Below are positions 1 through 7,557 of a stretch of 40,000 nt of DNA, piece after piece. Location: sequence record MT863716.1; one strand, written 5' to 3'. A model generated the notes under the pieces. It saw only the letters and a program-made list of their open reading frames with translations, ran no database searches and was not told the DNA's origin. A program made the translations under genes and the position numbers. How positions within the stretch are numbered: the stretch's first letter is position 1; every line of letters starts with the position of its first letter. The stretch comes from Campylobacter phage F348.

Positions 1-22
1 CAAATATTTATAAAGGATACTC

Positions 23-724
23 ATGACTAATATACCAAAACAAAATAAATTCGCTTATACAGAAGATAAACCTAAATATGTAGATATTAATGGTACAACT
101 AACTATATTTTACCTGGATTTGAATATCCATCAGATGTAGCAGTTAAATTTCCACAATTTTTTGGTGGTAAAGATAATGTTTTTTATCCAGATTTACAAG
201 TAACTTTAGCACATGATAGTTTAACTTTTGAAGACGGTAAAAAGTCACAAGCAATAACTTATACAGCTACCGATGGGTCATCAATTACATCAGCTGTTGT
301 AACAGTAGAACCAAGTGATTTAGCTACATGGAATGAAGGTGACAAAACATTTACAGGAAATGAAGAAGGTTCAGGTAAAGCTATATTTGAACTTACAGAT
401 GATAAAGGTAGAACAGCTATGAAAGAATTACCTTTAACTGTTACAAAAGCAACAGTAGTAACAACTTTAACTCTTTCACCTGATAATTTAACTTTCGCTA
501 ATGCAAGTGCTCCAATGCAAGAAGTAACAGTTACAACTAATGCTTCAGATTTTACATTAGAATTTAATAGTCAAAATATACAAGCTGTTAAATCAGGTAA
601 TAAAATTCAAGTAACTCCAAAAACAGGTAAAACTGGATCATTTACAATCACAGTTAAAGCACAAGCTAGTGGTGGAAATCAAGTATCAAAAACTCTTAAT
701 ATAACTGTTAATACAGGTGGTTGA
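23..724 (+). CDS. Ig-like/Big-domain virion structural or decoration protein
   Basis: Open frame; C-terminal half reads as a bacterial Ig-like fold (TLTLSPDNLTFANASAPMQEVTVTTNASDFTLEF...). Sits next to neck and terminase genes. Confidence 0.6.
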   Translation: MTNIPKQNKFAYTEDKPKYVDINGTTNYILPGFEYPSDVAVKFPQFFGGKDNVFYPDLQVTLAHDSLTFEDGKKSQAITYTATDGSSITSAVVTVEPSDLATWNEGDKTFTGNEEGSGKAIFELTDDKGRTAMKELPLTVTKATVVTTLTLSPDNLTFANASAPMQEVTVTTNASDFTLEFNSQNIQAVKSGNKIQVTPKTGKTGSFTITVKAQASGGNQVSKTLNITVNTGG

Positions 725-726
725 TA

Positions 727-1458
727 ATGGCTACTAGACAAAGCCTCAAAGATTATATTTTTGGCATGTTAGGTTCCCCAGTTATTACTGTGGAACTTAC
801 TGATTTCCAAATAGATGAGAATATTAACTTTACTATACAAAAGTTTTCTGAGTTTGCTATGTATGGTAAATTAAAAGGCACACTATTAATTGACCTACCT
901 AAAGGTGTGAGAAAAATTAAATTAGACCCTAAAATTTCTGAGGTTATAACATTACGAATATATCCAAGTGGCGGAGGTTTTTTAGGGTTAAGTATTCCAG
1001 GTGGTTTAGTAATAACACCAACTGAAATGCAAGCAATGCTATTTGGTGGAACAGTACAAGGTAACTTTAGTATGCAAAACATATATTCTGTATTAGCAAA
1101 TATGTCTATACTTGATACATATTTTACAATAATACCAAATTATGCTTTTAATCCATTTACAAATATGTTAGAGTTTTTTGAAGACATAAACTCTGAAAAG
1201 GTTTTGTTAGAAGTCAGATATAAGTATATACCAGAAGAAGAAGATGGGATATACGAGCAACCATGGGTTAAAGAATATGCTTTAAACTTATGCAAAAGAA
1301 CTTGGGGTTCAAATATAGGAAAATATGATGCACCGTTAATAGGTGGTATTAAAGCTAATTATGAAAGAATTATACAAGAAGCAAATACTGAATTAGAAAG
1401 ATTAGAAACAGTATTACTAGAAAACTATTGTGAACCACTTCCATTATTAAGAGGTTAA
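727..1458 (+). CDS. 13: Neck protein, T4 gp13-like
   Basis: Pattern MATRQSLKDYIFGMLGSPVITVELTDFQIDENINFTIQKF...KEYALNLCKRTWGSNIGKY resembles neck proteins of T4-like phages; the ATG at codon 3 of the track ORF is the likely start. Confidence 0.55.
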   Translation: MATRQSLKDYIFGMLGSPVITVELTDFQIDENINFTIQKFSEFAMYGKLKGTLLIDLPKGVRKIKLDPKISEVITLRIYPSGGGFLGLSIPGGLVITPTEMQAMLFGGTVQGNFSMQNIYSVLANMSILDTYFTIIPNYAFNPFTNMLEFFEDINSEKVLLEVRYKYIPEEEDGIYEQPWVKEYALNLCKRTWGSNIGKYDAPLIGGIKANYERIIQEANTELERLETVLLENYCEPLPLLRG

Positions 1459-1484
1459 TCCTCTTAATATGATAAAGGAGAAAC

Positions 1485-1784
1485 ATGTATGAAGTGCTAA
1501 CACCAAATGGATTTAGTGATTTTGATGATATATCAAGAGAAAAAAAAGATGTATATAAAGTAATAACAGAAGATGATTTTATAAAAGTAACAAAAGGTCA
1601 TAAATTTGAAACACCTAATGGTTTTAAACAATTAAAACATCTTAAAATTAATGATTTAATAAAATATAAAAATAAGTTTTCAAAAATTGTTTCAATAGAT
1701 TATGTTGGAGTAGAATATGTATATGACTTAATTAATGTACATAAAAATAACGAGTATTATACAAATCATTTTGTTTCACACAAT
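1485..1784 (+). other. Split-intein C-terminal fragment (IntC, ~100 aa) of AceL-TerL type
   Basis: Hint-fold residues MYEVLTPNGFSDFDDI..., block-B-like TKGHKFETPNG, C-terminal blocks YVYDLINVHKNNEYYTNHFVSHN|C with Asn-Cys junction. Lacks the first ~25 residues including Cys1. Confidence 0.85.
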
Positions 1785-2813
1785 TGTGCGTTTATAGATA
1801 AATGGTCAGAATTTAGTAACTCTGTAATACCTACAATATCCGCATCTAAAAAATCACAAATAATAGCAGCTTCTACACCAGTAGGGTTAAATCATTGGTA
1901 TAAAATGTGGTCAGATGCTGTTGAAGGCAAGAGCTCATATAAACCTTTTAAAGTTGAATGGTGGAAAGTACCAGGCAGAGATGAAAATTATAAAGAACTT
2001 ATGATAAAAACTCTCGAGGGAGGTATTAGAACCTGGAACCAAGAGTATGCATGTGAATTTATAGGAAGTTCTGATACTCTTGTTGATATGACCGTTTTAT
2101 CTAATATTAAATTTGGAAATATTTTAAGAGAACCAAATTTTGGTGAAACAATAAGAGTATATGAAGCCCCACAAATAAATCACAAATATATGGTTCTAGC
2201 TGATGCTGCAAAAGGTGCAATAGATGGTTTTGTATTTCATGTAATAGATGTAACAAATATTCCTTTTAAACAAGTAGCGTCAGGAAAAATACCAGAATCT
2301 TATTTGATGGCACCACCTATTTTTTATAATATTTTAAGAACATATAATGAGGCTATGTTTGTATGTGAAAATAATGAGGGTGCTGGTACAAGCGTGGTTG
2401 ATTTACTATTCCAAATGTATGAATATGAAAATATATATCAAGAGCCAGATAAAAAATGGTTAGGAGTCAGGACAACTAAAAGCAATAGAAGTAAAAATCT
2501 TAGTAACATGAAACTTTTTATTGAAAATAACAAACTAATATTACAAGATGAACCAACTGTTAAAGAGTTGCTGACATTTTGTAATGTTAATGGAAAATAC
2601 CAAGCACAAAACTCAAAGGCCCATGATGATTATGTTATGGCATTAAGTCTTTTGTTTGTACCTTTGTTAGATTTAAATAATATAGTTGATTATAATGTAT
2701 TTTTAAATAAAATAAACGGTGATTCTGAAACAACTGATGGTGATGTAAAATATTTACAAATGGGATTTTTTGATGATGGTACTTCATCATTTTACGGTAT
2801 TTTTGATGATTAA
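1485..2813 (+). CDS. 17: Terminase large subunit C-terminal half, preceded by an intein C-part (trans-splicing precursor)
   Basis: After SHN|C the sequence is gp17-like (CAFIDKWSEFSNSVIPTISASKKSQIIAASTPVGLNHWYKMW...). Own SD (AAGGAG) and ATG; an in-frame stop (TAA 1473-1475) lies just upstream. No ATPase N-half in the window. Confidence 0.9.
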   Translation: MYEVLTPNGFSDFDDISREKKDVYKVITEDDFIKVTKGHKFETPNGFKQLKHLKINDLIKYKNKFSKIVSIDYVGVEYVYDLINVHKNNEYYTNHFVSHNCAFIDKWSEFSNSVIPTISASKKSQIIAASTPVGLNHWYKMWSDAVEGKSSYKPFKVEWWKVPGRDENYKELMIKTLEGGIRTWNQEYACEFIGSSDTLVDMTVLSNIKFGNILREPNFGETIRVYEAPQINHKYMVLADAAKGAIDGFVFHVIDVTNIPFKQVASGKIPESYLMAPPIFYNILRTYNEAMFVCENNEGAGTSVVDLLFQMYEYENIYQEPDKKWLGVRTTKSNRSKNLSNMKLFIENNKLILQDEPTVKELLTFCNVNGKYQAQNSKAHDDYVMALSLLFVPLLDLNNIVDYNVFLNKINGDSETTDGDVKYLQMGFFDDGTSSFYGIFDD

Positions 2814-2842
2814 TATAAATATCTTAAAAAAGGATTATTAAG

Positions 2843-3064
2843 ATGCCACCTATTAAACATATGAGTGTAGCTGATAGAATAGCACAAAAAAGATATAGAA
2901 AACAACCAAAAGTTAAAAGAAAACTAAAAATAAGAGCTAAAAAAAACGCAAAAGCTCCTTCTGAAAATATGTCATGGTCTTCTAAAAAGAGAGGATATGT
3001 TAGAAAAGATCCAAAACTAAGAAGAACCATGAAATTAGTAGCTAAATTAAGAAGAAAGTCATAA
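2843..3064 (+). CDS. Small very basic protein (73 aa), unknown
   Basis: Open frame after SD AAAGGATT; Lys/Arg-rich sequence. Confidence 0.6.
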   Translation: MPPIKHMSVADRIAQKRYRKQPKVKRKLKIRAKKNAKAPSENMSWSSKKRGYVRKDPKLRRTMKLVAKLRRKS

Positions 3065-3066
3065 TA

Positions 3067-3798
3067 ATGGGTTTAAACAAGTTTGATTCTGTTGATTATG
3101 TTTTAAGTTCTGGACAAAGACCTTTTAGATATAAAGTGTCATTAAATTTACCTGCTAAAATAACAAAAATATCAGGTGCGTTATATGACAATGCAGTTAA
3201 TATATTATGCAAGGGTGCTACTTTACCAGCACCTTCTATATTAACTACACCTGTTGGTTTAGATGGTAGAACTATAAATATACCAACATTAATGAAACTT
3301 GATAACACTACAAATATGACATTTTTTATAGATGAAAAATCAAGTGTAAGGCGTATATTAGAGTACTGGACTTTTTGTATTGATTCAGGTATAACCGCAA
3401 ATGAAGAAACACCATCAGTTCCTGGTGCTGGTGTTGCTAATATTATAGGATCAGTTGCTAACATTGGAGCAGGTTTTATATCTGATATTACAAGTGATAT
3501 ACCAATTGTTGGTAATGCTGTTAATAGTTTCCTAGGTATAAATAAAGGTGTAAGTGGTAATACTGATATTAATATGACTGGTGAATTGAAATTAACCTTA
3601 TTAAATTATAGTGGTAATGCTGTTGGAAGTTATACATATAAAAATATCTTTCCTATTGATGTGACCGGAAGTGATATGCAAGATGATCAAACAGAAACAA
3701 TTAATGAATTTAGCGTAACATTTGGATATACACATTATGTATACAAAAAAGAAACAGAATCTATTATAGATGCTGTTACAGGAATAGTGGGGTTATGA
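3067..3798 (+). CDS. Tail tube / baseplate-tube-like structural protein (gp19/gp54-like family)
   Basis: FRYKVSLNLPAKITKISG...VLCKGATLPAPSI...INEFSVTFGYTHYVY is tube-like; context of virion genes. Confidence 0.5.
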   Translation: MGLNKFDSVDYVLSSGQRPFRYKVSLNLPAKITKISGALYDNAVNILCKGATLPAPSILTTPVGLDGRTINIPTLMKLDNTTNMTFFIDEKSSVRRILEYWTFCIDSGITANEETPSVPGAGVANIIGSVANIGAGFISDITSDIPIVGNAVNSFLGINKGVSGNTDINMTGELKLTLLNYSGNAVGSYTYKNIFPIDVTGSDMQDDQTETINEFSVTFGYTHYVYKKETESIIDAVTGIVGL

Positions 3799-5241
3799 TT
3801 TAACCCATACCCCTTGTCCACAATCCCATATTTTATAATATCCATTAATACTCATATTCTCTGATTCAGTTAAGTTTGGATCAAATTTTTCTAACTTATC
3901 TTTAAGTTTGTGTTTCATAAATTGTTGTCTATTGAGCGTTCTACCATTTTTTGTATACATGTAGCCAGGTTTAGAAAAATGACTAAATTCGAATCCTAAT
4001 TGTTTATAGATTTCACCATTAGAATATAACCTATCAGAGTAACTTATTAATGACCCAGGATTATGTTTATGAAAACAACTAAGTAATTTACTAGCACCAC
4101 CTATAACATTTATGTTCTTCTTAGTACATAATCTAATTAATTCCCAGTCATATTTGTCTGTAAATCTAGGTTTTCCAAATGACATTAAGCAAACTAACTC
4201 GTCTCTATAATATAATCCATAACATACAGTTGATCCAGTAAATCCTTGGAGATGATTTTCATCCAAAAACTCTTTCTCTTCTACTTTAGATACTTGTTTT
4301 AGGATACATTTTCTAGCCATTATTCTCTCTGACTTTCCTAATTTATTGTTTATAATTGACTTCCATATATCTTTTTTCTCTATCCAAGATGATTCAAAAA
4401 TATGTAAAAGCTGAATTCCTTTCTCTTTACACTTTTCTGTTTTATTTAAATGGTAGTTTTTGTCTTTAAATTTATCTGAGTGCCAATAAACACCATTACA
4501 TTCTATGGCTAAGTTATAGTCTGGTAAATAGAAATCTAATTCTTTATCACCTAATACTGAGTAGTCATTTATAATATATGATGGGAGTATTTCTTTTAAT
4601 TCTTTTTCAAACATTGTATTATTTGGATAACACTCAGGACATAAATTATTTGATTTTATTAAATTATCATAAGTTCTATAAAATGTATGTCCTTTGTTAC
4701 ATTTAAAAATATTTTTATCAACCATCTCTAAACTTATATTATTCAATAGCGATTTCTTATCATTTTCATCACAAAATTTACAAAATGTTATCCCACTTTT
4801 TAGAGTTGGATAACTCTTTTTAACTATATTATTGCATTTGTTACATCTCATATGATTTACATCAATTTTTGTAAAACCACATGATTTAATAAATTCTAGT
4901 TTTTCTAATTCGTCACATTCTGGGCATGATATTATACCCCTTTTAAAGTCTGCTTTATTTCTATTAAATATATGGTTATTTTTACATTGTATCTCTAATT
5001 TAGATAATCGTATATCCGTTACAACATAACCTAAATTATTTAACTCTAATAATAATTTGTTATCATCACATGATAAACATTTATTGTACTTAAGCATTTG
5101 GTTCCAACTTCTTTTTATATTAGAACCACATTTATCACATTTTACTTCTAACCCATAATTTAAATTAGAAGAAATGGGGGTGAATCCCCATTCTTTTAAC
5201 ATATTAATTTTATTTTGGTTCAACTCTAATAAGTTCATCAA
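3793..5241 (-). CDS. Free-standing homing endonuclease: four N-terminal zinc-ribbon-like repeats plus Vsr/PD-(D/E)XK-like nuclease
   Basis: Repeats with CxxC...CxxC or CxxxH/CPxC; nuclease motif KELDFYLPDYNLAIECNGVYWHS. Inserted antisense among virion genes, stop overlapping the upstream gene's stop. Confidence 0.8.
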   Translation of the reverse strand: MMNLLELNQNKINMLKEWGFTPISSNLNYGLEVKCDKCGSNIKRSWNQMLKYNKCLSCDDNKLLLELNNLGYVVTDIRLSKLEIQCKNNHIFNRNKADFKRGIISCPECDELEKLEFIKSCGFTKIDVNHMRCNKCNNIVKKSYPTLKSGITFCKFCDENDKKSLLNNISLEMVDKNIFKCNKGHTFYRTYDNLIKSNNLCPECYPNNTMFEKELKEILPSYIINDYSVLGDKELDFYLPDYNLAIECNGVYWHSDKFKDKNYHLNKTEKCKEKGIQLLHIFESSWIEKKDIWKSIINNKLGKSERIMARKCILKQVSKVEEKEFLDENHLQGFTGSTVCYGLYYRDELVCLMSFGKPRFTDKYDWELIRLCTKKNINVIGGASKLLSCFHKHNPGSLISYSDRLYSNGEIYKQLGFEFSHFSKPGYMYTKNGRTLNRQQFMKHKLKDKLEKFDPNLTESENMSINGYYKIWDCGQGVWVKS

Positions 5242-5977
5242 TACCAGCCTCTACATGGAAACTAGGTTCTAAAATAGGAATATAATTCCATTTATTACTA
5301 AATGGTATTACTATTGTGCATTGACTACCTTTTCTAATATTCCCAAAAATATCCCCTTGTTGATATAAATGGGTATTTGGTTCCCCTCTTGCTGGAACCC
5401 ATGCTGTTTGAATACAATTAATTTGCTCGTCAGCTATTTGAACTACAGCATATTTTTCTTGCAATACAGGTGAATATATAATATTTAATAACCTTTCGTT
5501 ACAAAACATATAACCTAACTCTGTTACTGCTTTTTTAAAGTTATTTGCAAATAAACCTTCTTCAACAGCTAACATACTCTCATTATTATAGCTTTCTGTT
5601 GGTAATAATTTTTCGTATGTTAAAAAACCATCTGTTGGAATACGATTATAATGAACATCATAATAAGTCATAAACACATCAATAACTAACGCACCACCAC
5701 GCTCTTTTATTAAATTAAGCATTTCTTCGTTATTTCCTAACGCATTTCGTAAGGTATATTTTTTCCCTTTTATTTTAAGGACTTCATCATCAATATCATT
5801 TACTTGGGTTTGATTAATTATAACACCATCAGCTGGGCTTTTAAAGGAACTTGAATCCTTTATAATTGCTCTATGTGGATTCCTATAAAACTGAGTTCTA
5901 AAAATTTCAAAGTCTTCAAAACTATCAGCCATGTTTTTTACATGTGTTCTGCACCATTCTTTTAACGATTTAGCCAT
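5210..5977 (-). CDS. psd: Phosphatidylserine decarboxylase-like protein
   Basis: FRTQFYRNPHRAIIKDSSSFKSPADGVI..., KGKKYTLRNALG, C-terminal GDIFGNIRKGSQCTIVIPF resembling the GS-(T) autocleavage region. Confidence 0.7.
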   Translation of the reverse strand: MAKSLKEWCRTHVKNMADSFEDFEIFRTQFYRNPHRAIIKDSSSFKSPADGVIINQTQVNDIDDEVLKIKGKKYTLRNALGNNEEMLNLIKERGGALVIDVFMTYYDVHYNRIPTDGFLTYEKLLPTESYNNESMLAVEEGLFANNFKKAVTELGYMFCNERLLNIIYSPVLQEKYAVVQIADEQINCIQTAWVPARGEPNTHLYQQGDIFGNIRKGSQCTIVIPFSNKWNYIPILEPSFHVEAGIDELIRVEPK

Positions 5978-5987
5978 TATCACTCCT

Positions 5988-6284
5988 TTATTTTAATATT
6001 CCCATTAAAGACTCATCACGAATAAGCATATATTTTACTTTATCGCTTTTACATAAATCAATACCATGTTGTTTTCCAAAAACAACTGTATCACCTATTT
6101 CAATATCTTTAACTTCTGATCCTATTTGTAATACTTTTCCTTGTGTTTGTCTATCATCAATAAGTGATGGGTGCACAGTTACAACAATGCCACTTTCTGA
6201 TTTTATCTCAGATGGATATGCAACTTCTAACAAAACATCATGTGGATGAACAATTTTAAATGAATTTACATCAAAGTTATCCAT
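5988..6284 (-). CDS. 31: GroES-like co-chaperonin, T4 gp31-like
   Basis: VHPHDVLLEVAYPSEIKSESGIVVT...GKVLQIGSEVKDIEIGDTVVFGKQHG...YMLIRDESLMGIL; ATG at 6284 preceded by AGGAAG. Confidence 0.75.
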   Translation of the reverse strand: MDNFDVNSFKIVHPHDVLLEVAYPSEIKSESGIVVTVHPSLIDDRQTQGKVLQIGSEVKDIEIGDTVVFGKQHGIDLCKSDKVKYMLIRDESLMGILK

Positions 6285-6305
6285 AATCTTCCTTTCATTA
6301 ATTTT

Positions 6306-6328
6306 GCGTAAGTGTATAACACTTACGC
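6306..6328. promoter_or_regulatory. Perfect intergenic hairpin (10 bp, 3-nt loop)
   Basis: GCGTAAGTGT-ata-ACACTTACGC between the DUF5675-like and gp31-like genes; no U-tract. Confidence 0.6.
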
Positions 6329-6339
6329 TTAAAAACACC

Positions 6340-6849
6340 TTAATTTATTTCTTTTATTTCAAAAACCATATTTTCAATACCTAACTCTTTTATTTTTGTA
6401 AATAACTCATTTGTTATATCTACACTACTACCAACTGTGCCATTATTTAAATCAGAACCTGGTAATATACAACCTTCAGTATGTTGTGGTGCATTTCCTG
6501 TATGGATACGAATAAGTCTATCATTAAATCCTTCTACCTCATCAGAAATAACCCATATTGCAATATTTGATCCATTATCTGCTTTCCATTCTGGATATTT
6601 TTTAGCTAATAATCCATTTTTACTTGAATTGCACCATTTTAATTTATACTCTCTAGCTACTATTCTCTTATCAGTTCCAGACTCATCAGTACTAGGACCT
6701 ATATTTTCACAACTAGCACACTTAAAAATAACATTATCGTTATCATCTAATAATGATAATTCACCAATGGTAGAACCTTCTATTTTATCACTATTTTGCC
6801 ACTTTATACCTGTATATTCTTTATTTCTTTGTAATATTAATTTTGCCAT
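6340..6849 (-). CDS. DUF5675-like protein
   Basis: N-term LILQRNKEYTGI; ...DRLIRIHTGNAPQHTEGCILPG pattern. Confidence 0.55.
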   Translation of the reverse strand: MAKLILQRNKEYTGIKWQNSDKIEGSTIGELSLLDDNDNVIFKCASCENIGPSTDESGTDKRIVAREYKLKWCNSSKNGLLAKKYPEWKADNGSNIAIWVISDEVEGFNDRLIRIHTGNAPQHTEGCILPGSDLNNGTVGSSVDITNELFTKIKELGIENMVFEIKEIN

Positions 6850-6851
6850 AT

Positions 6852-7349
6852 TTAATCCTTATTGTTTGTTATTTCACTATAAAAATCATCTTTTATGCCT
6901 TCTAATTCATCCATAAATCCATTTAATTGGATTATATTCATGGTATCATCAGAAGTATTTTCTAATATATCAACATCATTATCTTCATTTATAAATTTAA
7001 TAGGAACTACTCCCAAATTAACACTAATATCACCTAGTGAACAGTTTAATTTTATAAAATTACCACTATATTCTGCGTTGATTCCGCTTATTTTTGGACA
7101 CCAAAATTGAATATAAAACTTATCCTGCTGTGGAAAATTATTTGAAAATTTTGGGTCTGTTTTTACTTTATGATAATCTTTAATAGTCGAAATTGTTATG
7201 ATGCTATTATTATAAACTATTTCAAGATCATCTATTGAATAACCATAAGCAACAAATCTAATATAGACATTTGATTTAGACTTTTTTACATTATATGTAA
7301 AACCAGGAATAACTTCATTTAGTGGAAATACAACATTACTATAATACAT
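6852..7349 (-). CDS. Hypothetical protein
   Basis: Open frame packed tightly upstream of 6340-6849. Confidence 0.6.
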   Translation of the reverse strand: MYYSNVVFPLNEVIPGFTYNVKKSKSNVYIRFVAYGYSIDDLEIVYNNSIITISTIKDYHKVKTDPKFSNNFPQQDKFYIQFWCPKISGINAEYSGNFIKLNCSLGDISVNLGVVPIKFINEDNDVDILENTSDDTMNIIQLNGFMDELEGIKDDFYSEITNNKD

Positions 7350-7362
7350 TAATATCCTTGTA

Positions 7363-7384
7363 AGCTAGGATATTATTCCTAGCT
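7363..7384 (+). terminator. Possible rho-independent terminator (+ reading)
   Basis: AGCTAGGA-tattat-TCCTAGCT followed by ATTTTTT on the + strand. Confidence 0.4.
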
Positions 7385-7526
7385 ATTTTTTAATTATTTC
7401 ATCTTTTACTGATTCTATTTTATCACCAATTTCAGAAGCTTTTTCCTTATTGTTATGATAAACAAAATATCCAGCAACAAAACCTATTAATCCGCCTGCA
7501 AAAAATGAAATCATAATTTCTACCAT
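7383..7526 (-). CDS. Small single-TM protein (47 aa), not in the supplied ORF track
   Basis: Translated by eye: MVEIMISFFAGGLIGFVAGYFVYHNNKEKASEIGDKIESVKDEIIKK*; SD GGAG upstream. Confidence 0.6.
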   Translation of the reverse strand: MVEIMISFFAGGLIGFVAGYFVYHNNKEKASEIGDKIESVKDEIIKK

Positions 7527-7557
7527 ATTTTCTCCTTAATGTTTTATACCGAAATAT

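Noticed and set aside
753-1082. Antisense ORF inside the neck gene
   Set aside because: Opposite an evident coding frame; product has no recognisable family. Same reasoning for 2824-3030, 3096-3464, 6437-6916, 6895-7110, 8963-9184, 10195-10551, 10882-11076, 15902-16105, 17731-17976, 19129-19335, 19472-19786, 25892-26182, 26335-26538, 27173-27475, 30755-31003, 31463-31759, 31885-32259, 32536-32778, 33091-33279, 33993-34265, 34639-34848, 35535-35729, 36685-36939.
1485-2813. TerL fragment as a simple degraded pseudogene
   Set aside because: It starts with SD plus ATG in a Hint-fold sequence, keeps the splice junction HN|C and a full conserved C-terminal half, which fits a functional split intein better than decay.
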